DNA of 64,000 nucleotides from Eledone cirrhosa (Eukaryota), in assembly GCA_964016885.1 (NCBI GenBank), contig OZ024742.1, forward strand, positions 91,698,001 to 91,762,000, given 5' to 3'. Numbering within the stretch: position 1 is the first letter of the stretch; each line of letters starts with the position of its first letter. Made by a program: the position numbers and the translations under genes. Positions 39,025 to 54,788 of the stretch are shown one piece after another. The notes under the pieces were generated by a model that saw nothing but the letters and a program-made list of their open reading frames with translations, was not told where the DNA came from and made no database searches.

Positions 39025-39562
39025 TGTCGGGTCACTCTTGTGTGCTACTGGTATCATGTAAACCAGTACAACCTGTCGCATGGTCGGGACGTCGGCGACT
39101 ATACCGGCAACCCACCAAGTTTACTTGATGAGGAGGGTGATTTTGGACACCCTGCAGGACAAAAAACAAAACCTGACAAAGGGCGGAAGAACTCATAAGA
39201 GTCAACGACCATCCAAAAGTGTGTAAATATGTATATACACATGTACCGCGCGGTTAAACCACTGGGAATGAAGGACCCCTAGACTTTGTCAGGGCATTCT
39301 TCTAGGAGAAGGCAACTCAGGAAGCTGGGATAACTCCGATATAAAACCTGCGGCTCAGTAGTTACCGATGATGTTGATCTTTTCTTCTTTTCGGGTTATA
39401 GGTACTGTCCCTCAGAGAGTGGGATTGGCTCAGTGCACAGTCTTTCCTCACTTTAAAAAATATCTTAATGCACAGGCATTGCGTGATAGAATTAATTAAT
39501 TATTATTAATAATGGTATATCGTGCAATGGCCATACTCGATAACGAGGGGGCAGCCATCAAG
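39025..39562 (+). mobile_element. Non-autonomous bipartite RTE derivative (5' UTR fused to 3' tail)
   Basis: CTAGGAGAAGG.AACTC...GAGAGTGGGA.TGGCT...GCACAGGCATTG joined to GGCCATACTCGATAACGAGGGGGCAGCCATC; relatives at 40470-40785, 57920-58335 and 58365-58720. Confidence 0.65.
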
Positions 39563-39894
<332 letters not shown>

Positions 39895-40469
39895 ATATAT
39901 GTATATATATATATGTACGTGTATATATATATATATATGTTGTCTTTATATTCGTCACGCTGTTGAAAATACGTTATAGGAACCTGATAGTTGCTTCATG
40001 TAGAATCAACTCACTATATTTTTGATGCTCTGAAAAGAAATGATAGTTTAGTCTGTATATTGCAGTCTCGGGAACTCTCTATATAGAGCGAACCCTGTGA
40101 AAGGTCATCAGATAAGTAGGAAAAGAAATCATTCATAGATTAATATGCGTATAAATTCTTTGTTTTTCTAATTCTCCGAACACCTCAGTAGCTAATTGTC
40201 TGACAGCTTATTTCCCTACTTACCTGATGACTTTTCATCGTGTTCACTCGTCTATAAATTTTATAAAAGCTAGTTTTTTTTTTTTTTCGGTAAATAAAAG
40301 AAATAGTACTACAACATATAATAGATTTCCGGAAGCGCGGTAAATTTGAATTGATATAGCTTGCCGTTTCATCACATAGGATCGCGTGAAAACATTCTTT
40401 TCTACTTTTCGTGCTCTCGTATGCATTCAATGTATGTTCAGTTGCCGTTTTCTCTTTGACATACATGCA

Positions 40470-40785
40470 TACTTACATACATGATAGCTGCAAACTCTAC
40501 TAAGAGTACTGCAATCGCTTGTCATATTATAGAGTTTGGCGCACTTTTAGGCTACCGCCAGCCACAGAAACCTGTAACATAACCTGAACAAGAAATACCT
40601 GTGCTTTGAAGTTTGTTTAAGTGGGAAAAGGCCTTGCACTTGACCAATCGAACTCTCTTAGCATCGAAAACACTACCCGAAAAGGGGAACTGGTCAACAT
40701 CATCGGATGCTTCCGGAGTCGCAGGTTTTTTTCAGAGTTTCCATCTCCTAGAAAGGTATTGTGATAACAACTAGGGCATACATGC
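40470..40785 (-). mobile_element. Bipartite RTE derivative, older copy
   Basis: Aligns by eye to 39280-39560 in reverse; (TATG)n tail. Confidence 0.6.
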
Positions 40786-41359
40786 AGGCATACATATATA
40801 CATACATACATACATACATTAAATTAATAAATAGATAGATAATTAGTTTTTAGTACAAACTCATGTCGAATCAACATCTTAATTTGGAGACACCACTTGA
40901 CACAGAAATCACAACTCCTATCGAATACATTCGAATTTACGATATTAGACAAAGGTTTCAAATTCCATATTTTTTAACCCTACGTATAATACTTATAATG
41001 ATTTAAATCATTTGTGAAGCTTTATAGAAAATGTCCACGTCTCTTTACCATTCAAGAAAATTGTCTCAACGAGCGCATTAAAGATAACGATTTTAAAGGC
41101 TGGATGTAGAAACATTGATTAATATATTACAAGTTGTACATGCTATCGTCCACTGAATAAGGAAATCATTTTCTGAGCTCACCTATGCAACTAGGTATTT
41201 TAAACTATCCATACGATTTAGAATATTTTAAAATTTATAATCGTGTATTCTTTAGATGAGAAAAAATTATTACTCTGTGCTAGTATATATATATATATAA
41301 ATTAATAAAAACAATGAAATAAAAACAAAGAACAAGTTCTTTATATTAAAAAATTCATC

Positions 41360-41485
41360 ATTTTACGATCGTTTCTAGGATGTATATGTGTGTTGGTATG
41401 TATATCATATAGATCTATGTAAAAATATTACAAATTATCAGAGGAAATATACATACCTTCACATATACATGCTGTCTTCAGAAAT
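41360..41485 (-). ncRNA. Hammerhead motif with an about 100-nt extended stem II
   Basis: ATTT-CTGAAGA-..ATGTATATGTG..GGTATGTATAT...ATATACATACC..CACATATACAT..-GAAAC GATC GTA-AAAT. Confidence 0.65.
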
Positions 41486-41489
41486 CATT

Positions 41490-43420
41490 TCTTTGAAACT
41501 GCGCAAAGCAAGAAGGTCCCATGCGAAAACCAAGAAGCTGAATGGAAAATGAAAGAATTATCCGACTGAAAGAAATAAACAGCTTATAGTTGAAGTTAAA
41601 AGGAATCTAGATAATGTTTATATCAAAGAACAGAAATCTACATTAGGGAGAAGGTAGAACTGCTGCATAATGCTCACTTAAATCGAAAAGCTAAGGTTGC
41701 ATGGAGCGTTATCAACGAAATAACTGGAAGAAAGAAATCCAATAAAGTTAAGTTAAAAACTGAAAGCCCCGAGGAAAGAGTAAAGTTGTGGAAGAAGAAT
41801 CTTGTTAACTTACTTGGATAACCTCCCTTGATGGTTGAAGGAAATATTGACAAGGTATTTGATCAACTGCTTATGTTGGTGATTTTACAATACATGAGAC
41901 ATGAGTTGAATGATGCAAAGTCGAGAAAAAATGATGCAAAGTCGACAAAGTCGATAAAAAACAACGAAGCTACAAGCTTGGATACTAGCAAAAGTATGGA
42001 ATGTATGCAGCTGCTTGAAATCTGCCAGAAGACTTTCAAAGAAATGTATCAAAGTTTTAGAGAAAAGGAGGAATAGTGCCTCTACCCAAGAAGGGTGATC
42101 TCGGATATACAGAAAATTACAGAGGAATTACTTTGTCAGTAGTTGCATCCAAAATCTACAACAGAATGTTAATAAACAGGATAAGACCATCTGAAACTGA
42201 TTAAATCAAAATGGTTCCAGAGAAAAAAAGATCAACTTTCCCACAAATATTGACAATGCGGAGGCTACTAGAAATTGTCAGATCAAAGAACCCGAAAGCT
42301 GTACTAACTTCCATTGATTACAAAAAGGCTTTTGACTCCACCCATAAAGGAAAGCTTATGTCACTCCTAGTTGCATATGGCATATTTGATGCCATAGTTT
42401 CTGCTATAAATGTACTCTACATAAGCACGGAAGCTCAACTTCCCTCTCCTGATGCTGATATCGAGTATCTGTTAAATCCTAGCAGGTGTCGTTCAATATG
42501 AGTCATTGGCAACATATTTCTTCATAATCCCTCTGAAATATGCCTTGAGGGAAGCCATTGTTCATGAGCAAGATCTTAGATTGACACAAACAAGAAGTAA
42601 GTGAACCACACCAACTGTTATATGGGATACATATTTTGCTGGTGACATAGCTTTTCCATCAAATACTACTGGTCACGCTTAAGAGCTTCTTCATGAAGTC
42701 GAATTCTCTGCCAGGAAAATTGATCTACACATATATGTTACCAAGAAAAGACAAGTGTCACGAAACCAAGACGATGCAAATATTTGTTTCTACTTTAGGC
42801 ACAAGGCCAGCAATTACCCAGTTCATTACTGGTACTTTATTTTATCGACCCCGTAAGGATGAAAGGCAAAGTCAACCTCGGCGATGCAAATATTGTCACA
42901 CTGGATGGATGAATACTTAATCAAGTTGTTGATTTTCTATATTTGGAGAGCTGGTTGAGTTCATAAAAAACGGACATAGACAAGGGAGACAAAAAACAAG
43001 ATGGAAAGGATATGGAAGACAGATCTTCCCAGAAAAAAATAAAATATACTTCAGAACATTTGTTGCATCAGTATTGATGTATGGAGCAGGTACATGGATG
43101 CTGACACAAGATCTTGAGAAGAAGCTAGATGATGCATACACTAACATGCTTAGGGTTGTACAAACAAGCTGTTGTCCACGTATTACAAATTAAAGTTTAT
43201 ACGAAAACTTGCCCAAGATAACAACTACAATTGCTCAAAGACGGTTACGATGTGCAGGTAATTGTTGGAGAAGTATATACACAAGTTACTATTGTGCGAA
43301 CCAACTGAAGGGAGATGCAGTAGACGAAGACCTGCTCGAACATTCATTGATCAACTCTCAGATGATACAAACCTCAGTAGTGAGCAGTTGCCAGAAGCTA
43401 TGGAAAATCGTGAAATGTTC
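41490..43420 (+). mobile_element. Decayed RTE-group (RTE-X-like) LINE ORF2, interrupted by a SINE
   Basis: PKKGDLGYTENYRGITLSVVASKIYNRML, IDYKKAFDS, FAGD, C-terminal RGRP-like RRRPARTFIDQLSDDT. Confidence 0.88.
42783..42882 (-). mobile_element. 5'-truncated SINE family A inserted in the LINE
   Basis: TSD CGATGCAAATATT on both sides. Confidence 0.88.
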
Positions 43421-43767
43421 GACTGTGGTCGCGATGATATATTTACACAGACATATATTATATTTAAGCTATTCACTTGTATTTTAATGTATATGTTATG
43501 TATGTAGGCGAATGCCGGTTGTGTGTAAAAACTATGAAAATTTGAAGAGCACATGTGTGAGAACAATGTTTTCTGTTCAATAAAGTGGTTTAAAACCTGT
43601 AGTCGCATGTATAAGCGTGTGAGCGGATTGTTAGCGTTTGACTAACTTCTTAACCTCCCCTTCTTTTTCACTCCTCCTATACATACATATATATATATAC
43701 ACACACATACGTACATATATATATATATATATATATTCGCACGACTATGTATATATATTTACCTTTT

Positions 43768-43828
<61 letters not shown>

Positions 43829-43974
43829 CATAACGTCTCTTATACAATCTCTCCGCCATCTAACCTAGTTTAACATGTGTAACTCCACCCACCTTTCCCA
43901 CTCCACCCGCGCATACACACATACATGCACCCCCACACACCTACCTGTTCTCTGTTTCTGTCACCTGAATGAGT

Positions 43975-44035
43975 CACCGCCCATGTGTGCGTAGGTATGT
44001 TTGTATGTACGTTTGTGTTTTTCTATAGCTGTGTG

Positions 44036-44084
<49 letters not shown>

Positions 44085-44150
44085 TCCATTCACCGCCCTG
44101 TGTGCGTAGGTATGTTTGTATGTACGTTTGTGTTTTTCTATAGCTGTGTG

Positions 44151-44199
<49 letters not shown>

Positions 44200-44259
44200 T
44201 CCATTCACCGCCCTGTGTGCGTAGGTATGTTTGTATGTACGTTTGTGTTTTTCTATAGC

Positions 44260-44326
<67 letters not shown>

Positions 44327-44330
44327 TCCA
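43975..44330. repeat. Three-copy minisatellite, period about 115 bp, containing (TA)n(TG)n
   Basis: CACCGCCC.TGTGTGCGTAGGTATG starts at 43975, 44091 and 44206. Confidence 0.92.
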
Positions 44331-44342
44331 TTGTATGCATGT

Positions 44343-44390
<48 letters not shown>

Positions 44391-44514
44391 GTGTGAATAT
44401 GTGTCACTATGAGACTGTCTACCTGTTAGTCTGTGGCTAGTTGTGTCGTTTTTACTAGTTATGTATCTATGTATCCATATATTTCTGTGTGTGTGTGTTC
44501 CATTGTATGCATGT

Positions 44515-44571
<57 letters not shown>

Positions 44572-44684
44572 AGTGTGATAAGGTGTTTGCCAGTGTGAGT
44601 CATATATTGATATACCTTGTCTTACTTCTTGTCCTTTTACCTGTCTTAACCGTTATCTAATTGTTACTGTCACGTTAACTAATG

Positions 44685-45360
44685 CTGGTGGTTGTGCTAG
44701 TAGTAGTGGTGGCTGTGGTGGTTGTACTGCTGGTAGTGGTAGTGATGGTTGAGGTCGTTGTAGTGGTAGTGGTAGTGATAGTTGTGGTGATTGTAGTGGT
44801 TGTGGTAGTGATGGTTGTGGTGGTTGTAGTGGTTGTAGTCGTGGTGGTAGTGGTAGTGGTAGTGATGGTTGTGTGGTGGTTGTAGTGGTTGTGATGGTTG
44901 TGGTGGTTGTAGTGGTTGTGGTAGTGATGGTTGTGGTGGTTGTAGTGGTTGTAGTCGTGGTGGTAGTGGTTGTGGTAGTGATGGTTGTGGTGGTTGTAGT
45001 GGTTGTAGTCGTGGTGGTAGTGGTAGTGATGGTTGTGGTGGTTGTAGTTGTTGTGGTAGTGATGGTTGTGGTGGTTGTAGTGGTTGTAGTCGTGGTGGTA
45101 GTGGTAGTGATGGTTGCGGTGGTAGTAGTGGTTGTAGTCGTGGTGGTAGTGGTAGTGATGGTTGTGGTGGTTGTAGTGGTTGTAGTCGTGGTGGTAATGG
45201 TAGTGATGATGGTAGTGGTTGTAGTGATGATTGTGATGGCGGTGGTGGTGGTGGTGATAGGAATGTTAGTGAAGATGATGATTTTGGTGGTGATTGTAGG
45301 GATGTTAATGGTGGTGATGCTTGGGTCGTAGTGATGCTGGTGGTAGTAGTGGTGACCGAG
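44685..45360. repeat. GGT/TGT/AGT triplet low-complexity array with a higher-order unit
   Basis: Recurrent GGTAGTGATGGTTGTGGTGGTTGTAGTGGTTGTAGTCGTGGT. Confidence 0.9.
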
Positions 45361-47462
45361 CATTGGTTGAGTGGTGTTGGTTTTAATAATGTAGGTGACG
45401 GTGGTATTTCTAGTTTGTTGTCATAGAAGTTGGTGTGTTTTAGTTGTAGGGGAGCAGGTGTTACTGATGGTTAACCCTAGACCAGCTGTGTTTGAGAAGG
45501 CATAAAAATCATGTTGACCCCATTCGTTTTTATATAATTATGACGACTTTATCCAAAGTTTCCTTTCTATAATACGGTTGGATGAGATTTAACTGTTATT
45601 TCTAGCGGGTCAAATGACCATGTCGAGGCTCTTTCCTTGGCTTGTTATATAGTTATCGTTTAGTCCTGGGCAACCTTGACGGTTATTTTAGAGGTGATGG
45701 TGTTGGTAGAGATACTAATTGCTGTGTAATTGTGGTTTTAGAGGGTGTATGGTAGTTAATGTGAATGTAGGGGATATGATGTTATTAATTTCGATTATTC
45801 ATTTAGGCCAACAAAGAGATTAATAGATCATAGTTAATTTATAGTATTTGAATGTGTTGAATCTCTATCATGTTCGATAACGACTGTTCCAGTTGTTTGA
45901 GCAATTAAACAGCCTAATCATGAAATTAACGTACATATGATTGAAATTGATAGACACCTGTACCCTTAACGTATTTTCTTCGTGAAACAGTGTATGACGA
46001 GGATGGCCATTAGAATTACAGGTGCAGTAATTTTTTTTTCTAGCTGAGTGGACTGAAGCAACGTGAAATAAAGTGCCTTGGTCAATATTATTGAAGTCAT
46101 GCCTTTACTATCGTTAGGTGGACGATCTACCCACTAAATCACGCGCATTCACAATTAGACAGAACGCTACTGGTTTATCTAATTTGCATAATATTGCTAA
46201 TAACATTATTTTACATTTCTGTTTGTCCCGTTATAATGTAATGCTTCTTGTATTAATTAATTCACAATCCCAATGATTATACTGTTATGAAAATTCGACA
46301 AACAAATTGAGTTCTGTGCAAGTGGACATGGATTATGATAGCTCTAAGCTATTACTCTCCCTGCAATGAAGCCATAATATTTTATCAAACTAGTCAGATA
46401 GATTTCATTTTCTGGCCTGAGAGAGAAAAAGTACTCTGTTTAAACACATTATTTACTTTTTCAAAGTAAGGTAAAATGAGCGGTTACTAAAAACACACTC
46501 GGTATCATATGTTGCTATGTGTATGTATATAATTAACTACGTTATTACATCTACAGATTAGAACATATAACCGCATTCTTATATAACCAAATGTAGTCGA
46601 TAGAATGAAATGTACCCGAGTTATTATCGGATTTACAGATTTGCTAAGTGCAGTGGTGAAGTAAGGGGTATCGATTCACCGGTCTTTAACCAGGACCCAA
46701 CAATATTTAAAGGGCTCCAAATTAATAATTATTGTTTTTGCTACCATAAATGATATATATATATAAATATCAGTTTGACGCAAGAGCCCCGATTAAACAT
46801 TCATCTAGGATCCTATGCAAGATTAAGCCACTGTTGTCTAAAGGAGATGAAACCTCGGGTCTTATTGTCCATGAGACCTATCCTGTTTTAAATATGAACA
46901 TTTTAAAATTTAACGCAGGGAGATTCAGCATAACACAACAGTATGTAACGAAACTGGTCCTTTGAATTACAAGTGAAATTAATTTCGTTTACAGTTGAGT
47001 GGATTGGAGCATCGGGAAATAAAGTATCTTGGTCACAGACTACGTGCAAGTGACTGAGCATTCTACAGACGCGTGCACTTCACTCTTAACGTCGTTCTCA
47101 GGGATATTCAACGTGGCACAATGTGTGACAAGACAGTTCATGTTTTTTTTAATTCTTGAAAGAACTAGAGCAATAGGAAATAACATGTTCAGCTCAGGGA
47201 CTCAACATGCCGCCCAGGATCGAACTCACGGTCTTATTAGGAGCTAAACCCCTTAACCACTAAGACAAGTAACTTCTTCTTTATTCAATAAGTACCACAA
47301 AAAACATTCCGCCATCTTTCATCACTTTTCCCCTTCCATGCTAGATTATAACCGACATAGATTCAGCCGATAACAAACAGCTACGCCATGTTTTTTTGTA
47401 ATATTTTTTTTTAATTCACCGGATGCATCCCATCAACTGTGTTTCTCCTAGAAGCAAGACTC

Positions 47463-47584
<122 letters not shown>

Positions 47585-47637
47585 TGTGTGTGTGTGTGTC
47601 TGTCTGCGTGTATGTTTGTGTCTGTGTGTGTGTGTGT

Positions 47638-47694
<57 letters not shown>

Positions 47695-48909
47695 CAACAC
47701 GTTCTATTTATGTTACATATACACACATATATATACATGTATATAAATGCCACACGTAATCACACAGATTTATTTTTTTAATTTTATTCTAATTTTTTGT
47801 CTTCTTTCGGATTCGGGTTATTTATTTACGTTTGATCAAACATCATGGCTTATGTGATGTTAGTAAATTCTTGAATATTATTTCGCTTCATTATGCACGT
47901 CCACATATTTATTTTGTATATATATATGTATATTCACTTGTTTTTCTTCTCAGTCCGCTTAATCTGTGCACGTTGAAGACAAATATACATATCGCATAGA
48001 TTGCAAATGAAATCACGAAGTACTAAAATTAAAAATTAAGAAAATAAAGTTTATATTATGGCAGGCGAAGCTAATCTAAAAACGTATTATCAATATCAAT
48101 TGGAAATATATCAAGGTGTTTACTATCATTAGAGGGGGTTGTAATAATAATCTTCATCTAATGGCAGTGGAGTTGTTCTAACAGTAAATGGTGGGCTAAA
48201 TGCATTGCGATATTTATTTACGGTGCTTTCCATTCTGAGTTCAAATCACTCAAAGAGAAACTTTTGCCTTTTTGTCATTCTATGGTCGATAAATTAAATA
48301 TAAAACTAACGAAATAACAGCGTTGTGGGAAAATCCGATATTATGCTTCTCGGTATTCGTTCCGGATTTTTGTGCTATGAGTTTAAATCTCGCCGATGTC
48401 AATAAAAAAAGTACCAGTCCAATGCCTCTTTCTCTCTTCTCACATTTCTTCCCTTTCTCTAGAAGAAATCCGCCGTATTCACACCTGGAGTTGAATGGGC
48501 TCCGATACGTTTAAAATGCTTAAGACATTCCGTATGTCATCACGGCGCCCGTACGATTCAACCAGGAGTTACAATTATTCCATCCATACATACAAAATAC
48601 ATACCAATAAAGTACCAGGCCCAGTTCAATCGCATATATTGCATCCCCTATAATTATAAACCATTATATCAAAGTTATCAATAAACAAAATACCTCACTA
48701 ACAAGATAAAGGACCACATGTGCAAGTGCAGATACTGAGTCGACTCAACCTTGTGGAGGTACTTAAATTCTCCTTCCTTATACCACTAATTAAGAATGAA
48801 TGTCATAATTTCTTATTTCCCTGCCAATTTATATATATAAACAAAACCCCATGAAACTTAAGTATTCGTGAAAACGTATGAGTAAATCCCCTGTATTAAG
48901 GTACACACA

Positions 48910-48958
<49 letters not shown>

Positions 48959-49018
48959 AGAACTTAAAACGATAAGTTCTTGTTTTGAATATGTCACTAT
49001 CTGTAAAACAACTTTTAT

Positions 49019-49078
49019 ATTTTATCTGATGAGAGCGTACCAAAAATGTTGGTACCCTTGAAATATATATAATAAAAT
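49019..49078 (+). ncRNA. Type I hammerhead ribozyme, canonical core
   Basis: ATTTTAT-CTGATGA-GAGCGTACCAA AAATG TTGGTACCCTT-GAAA-TATATA-TA-ATAAAAT: 7-bp stem I; inside a 170-bp insert in (TA)n. Confidence 0.82.
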
Positions 49079-49120
49079 AAATATGATTTTATAAAGATAG
49101 TTTCCATTTATTAATACTTT

Positions 49121-49203
<83 letters not shown>

Positions 49204-49295
49204 TTTATGTGTATGTATGTGTGTGTGTTTCGAAATCGGGTTTAGTTATCCATGAGTGGCCCCATAGTACTCATAATGTTGAACACTAATATAAT

Positions 49296-49815
49296 AATTG
49301 TTTCTATTTTTCGCCAGCAATTACCCTAGTGTATCACTGGCACTTTATTTCATTGACCCCGTAAGGATAAAAGGTGAAGTTAACCTCGGTGGGATTTGAA
49401 CTCAGATCATAAAGGGACATAACTATATGCTGGAAAACATGGCGTCCAACTCTCTACCGATACTGCCTATCTACCGCCTTCAGAGTTTCTACTTTTAGCA
49501 CAAGGCCAGCGATTACCTCAGTGCATTACTGATACTTTATTTAATCAACCCCGTAAGGATGAAAAGCAAAGTCAACCTCGGCGGATTTGAACTTAGAACG
49601 CAAAGGGGCATCTGAGTTCAAATCCGCCGAGGTTAACACTAATATAATAAGTGTTTCTACTTTTGGCACAAGGCCAGCAATTATCCAATACATTACTGGT
49701 ACTTTATTTTATCGACCCCGTAAGGATGAAAGGCAAAGTTAACCTCGGCGGGATTTGAACTTATATCGTAAAGGGACGTAACTATGCTGGAAAGCATGCC
49801 CGACCCTCTACCGGT
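49296..49815 (-). mobile_element. Cluster of three SINE family A copies; first two flanked by one TSD, with a fold-back end
   Basis: AACACTAATATAATAA at 49282-49297 and 49635-49650; inverted piece at 49612-49637. Confidence 0.85.
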
Positions 49816-49860
49816 ACAATAATATGGTTTAATTTTACATGTGTACTATTCTGATGAGGA

Positions 49861-50112
49861 TTAACCCTTTTGATGCCAAATCACCAGCAAATTAACATAG
49901 TTCTACGGTACAAAGCTGTTTGATTCTTAATGTGTTTATTTATTTATAACCTGTTCATCATAAATATATACATGAACCTTTGTTAAGTTATGTTCCAAAC
50001 ATCAGTTTAACTTCGAAAAATTTAGTTATGTTATTAAATCGTTCTAAACTCATGACTATTTGAAAGTCATAGGCAGTGATTTTCATAAGAAATATGATAA
50101 CGAAGGGGTTAA
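49861..50112. mobile_element. piggyBac-like MITE
   Basis: TTAA-CCCTTTTGATGCCA ... TGATAACGAAGGGG-TTAA; a related copy at about 19759-19974. Confidence 0.6.
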
Positions 50113-51740
50113 ATGCCATTTCAAAGTATCGCATTCAAATGAACGATTACGGATAGGTTGGACACAATTGCTGCTGTGCAGTAGTAATTTTGTATGGTTA
50201 TTATTAGCCTTACGGCCCTTTACGTTCTGTGTTCAAATCCCGCTGGGGTTAACTTTGTCTTTCATCCTTACGGGGTCAATAAAATAAAGCACCTTGTGCC
50301 TATACCAGAAATCATTATTAGCCTACAATTGTTTCTTCCGAGAGTTAATGTCCAAGTAATCGATTGCATTCTTTAAAATATTTTAATATATATTTCAGTA
50401 GACATTTCTTTGAATTACTATTCATGCAATCACTTTCCATAAGATATTTATTTTCCAAAAATATAGTTTCAAACATATATAATCGTTTTTTTTTATTTTA
50501 TTTTTTACGGTTTTTTATTAAAAAATATACTTTGAAATATATTAATCGCTTTTTTAAAGATGTGTTTCAAAATATATATCAATTTTTAGAAAAATATCTT
50601 AAAGAAAATAATTATTCATAAATATCAACCCACCAAAATTACTATTGACTAAAATATTCTAAAGAATATAATCAATTTCTTAAACATTGACTCTATGAAG
50701 TAATGATTATAGCCATACAAACTTATCATGATTTGTATCCAACTCCTCCGAGAGGGAAAAAAATCGTCTGATCGAACTAAAGAAATAATGTATTAGTCGT
50801 TCTTTCCCGTGTTGATACTCTCAGTCTGTTGCAACTCCTGTTAGGTGGCGATGGGACATGATCTCAGAAAGCACGAGGTCGAATCAGATACCATAAAGCA
50901 CATGTCCAACTCTTTAACAATCTCACCAATCCACCTATACCTATGGAATAGAAAATATGAAAGTCAAAGTTGACCTCGATGCGATTTGAACTTAGGGTCG
51001 GATCAGATACCCCAAAACATCCTCTTTCTTTAAATATTCAGCTCTGGACTTGTATTTTCTTTAGATAAATAAATAGATAAATATTCATCTGGAAATAAAA
51101 TCACAGACATATGTTACACTTGTGATGAGTTTTAAACCAGGACTTAATCGTTTCGTTGCTCTCTCTCTCTCTCATTTTTATAGATATAAGTTTCTACGTG
51201 TTTTAAATAAATTACCATATTTTGATCATATTAAAGTAAAATGTGACTATTTCCATAGCCTCAATTTTTTACACACGTGTAAAATGAAACAAAATGCATT
51301 TCGGTGGCTAACCTATAATCTGAGGGTGAGTCGTGTCGTTCCGAAACTATATGGCTACTTTCACTAATTAATGTTTCGCCAGAAATGAAAAAAACTGTAC
51401 CAATGGTCCTTTTCAGAGCCTCTGTGGCTGTTAGAATGGAAGAAGGTAACCTCAAACCGGAGACGTGGAGGGAATGCTTACAACAAATTGTACTCTGCTA
51501 AAACTAGCCAAGGGCTAAGTAGTGCTGTTAAACCGGGCGACGGATTAAATCTATATTTATCATTATCAATATATTACTAATAACTTCAGGACTTTTCGTA
51601 TAAAACGATATTTTGGTACATCATTTTGGAACTTCCAGCAAAAGATTAATGGTATGATTAGATCATCATACCAACATTATCATAGAAATAAACTCTTCCG
51701 TTTATTGGAAATTTTTCGGGGAGATTAGGGAAGAAATATG

Positions 51741-51809
<69 letters not shown>

Positions 51810-51843
51810 GGGGGGGTGTATATATATATATATATGGGGGGGG

Positions 51844-51889
<46 letters not shown>

Positions 51890-51917
51890 AAAAAGAATGA
51901 CTTCACTTGTGATTCTA

Positions 51918-51981
<64 letters not shown>

Positions 51982-52639
51982 ATGTGTGTGTATGGGGGTG
52001 CATATTAAAGGTGAAAGCCTTGTCTCGAAGCCCGCCTACACACCACCCACCTTTCTCGTCTCGATGTCTCTATCTCACTCTCTCATTAACAGCCTTTCTA
52101 TCACGTTCTTGATCTATCTCCTTGACGAAACCAGAACTTGCTGGTGGGCTTGCTTCTTGCTAAAGAAATAACTGTTATTTGCTTTCCGTTTTTCCTTCCT
52201 TCCGTCTTTTCTTACTCACCTTTCATTTATTACTGGTAACACTTTCTGTGTTAATCCTCTCTCGAACTCCCGTAGGTGTGTAAAACAGATAAACCACTCT
52301 CACCTCAACGGATCACCCCAACCCGGGTCACCCACCACTTCCGTAGAGTATTATATTAGTTTGTAGTTATTTGTTCTTCTTGTTTCTTTTCATTGTTTTT
52401 TTTTAAAATTATTTCTGTGTGTCATCGCAGTGATGGCTATTGTCTTCTCCTTTATACGGTGAATGTGGACCAAATGTCCTTGAAAATGAATTAGAAGGTC
52501 TATGAAAAAGAGATATTACCTTGCACCTTACACTTACTCACACCTGGCTTCTCTGTTAATCTGTAACGCAACACATTTAATCCCTGTTGTTTTTTTATTT
52601 CTCTGTTGTATGAGTATATACTCCTTCTTTTGTGAGCAT

Positions 52640-53239
52640 ATGTATGTATGCGTGCATGTGTAGATATGGATGTTATTGTATGTGTGGATGTGGATGTTTT
52701 GAGTTGTATGTGTGCATGTGTATATGCTTTGCATCTGTACATGCAGTTATTAGATGCAACATTTCTGGAATGTTTTACATACTTTTACTGTTCCATTAAT
52801 GGATTGTACTTGTAATTTCCTAACTAGTTGTGTTCTTTCTGTTCCTGTGAAGCCTAGCTTCTCAAGATTTGTATTGAGGCAGTTACTAACATACCCCAGT
52901 GCCCCAATAATCACAGGCATAAATCTGAAGGTGTAATCAGGGTGGAGTATCTGCAGATTTCTCATCAGTTTTGCATAAATATTCTCCTTTTCACTAATCT
53001 TTGATATTATATTGGCATCTGCTGGGCAGCTAATTTCCACTACTGTGCATGATTTCTTCTCCCTGTCCCATATCATAATATCACGTCTGTTATGCCTGCA
53101 TTTTATTGGGGTTTTTACTGGAGCATTTCACCGGTATCTTTCATATTATGTATATGGATGTCTTCCACATTGGTGTAGCTTTTAATGTGTTTATTATCGG
53201 GGCTATCTTTTTTACGAACTGCATTGTACTGCATATGTA

Positions 53240-53240
<1 letters not shown>
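52640..53240 (-). mobile_element. R4/Dong-clade element 3' end (RLE domain)
   Basis: 108-aa ORF DIMIWDREKKSCTVVEISCPADANIISKISEKENIY...PVIIGALG. Confidence 0.88.
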
Positions 53241-54725
<1,485 letters not shown>

Positions 54726-54745
54726 TTTTCTTGTTCTCACATATA

Positions 54746-54788
<43 letters not shown>

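Noticed and set aside
43975-44330. CRISPR-like repeat-spacer pattern
   Set aside because: Eukaryotic context, no unique spacers, no cas genes; it is a minisatellite.
44653-45426. Cys/Gly-rich (GCGGCSG), poly-Thr and poly-Val ORFs resembling keratin-associated or mucin proteins
   Set aside because: Several frames are open because of the triplet repeat; no ATG-led signal peptide or clear splice context, and the Cys/Gly frame has stops upstream.
52120-52150. TTGACGA-ACCAG..CTGGT hammerhead-like start
   Set aside because: No GAAA after the stem.
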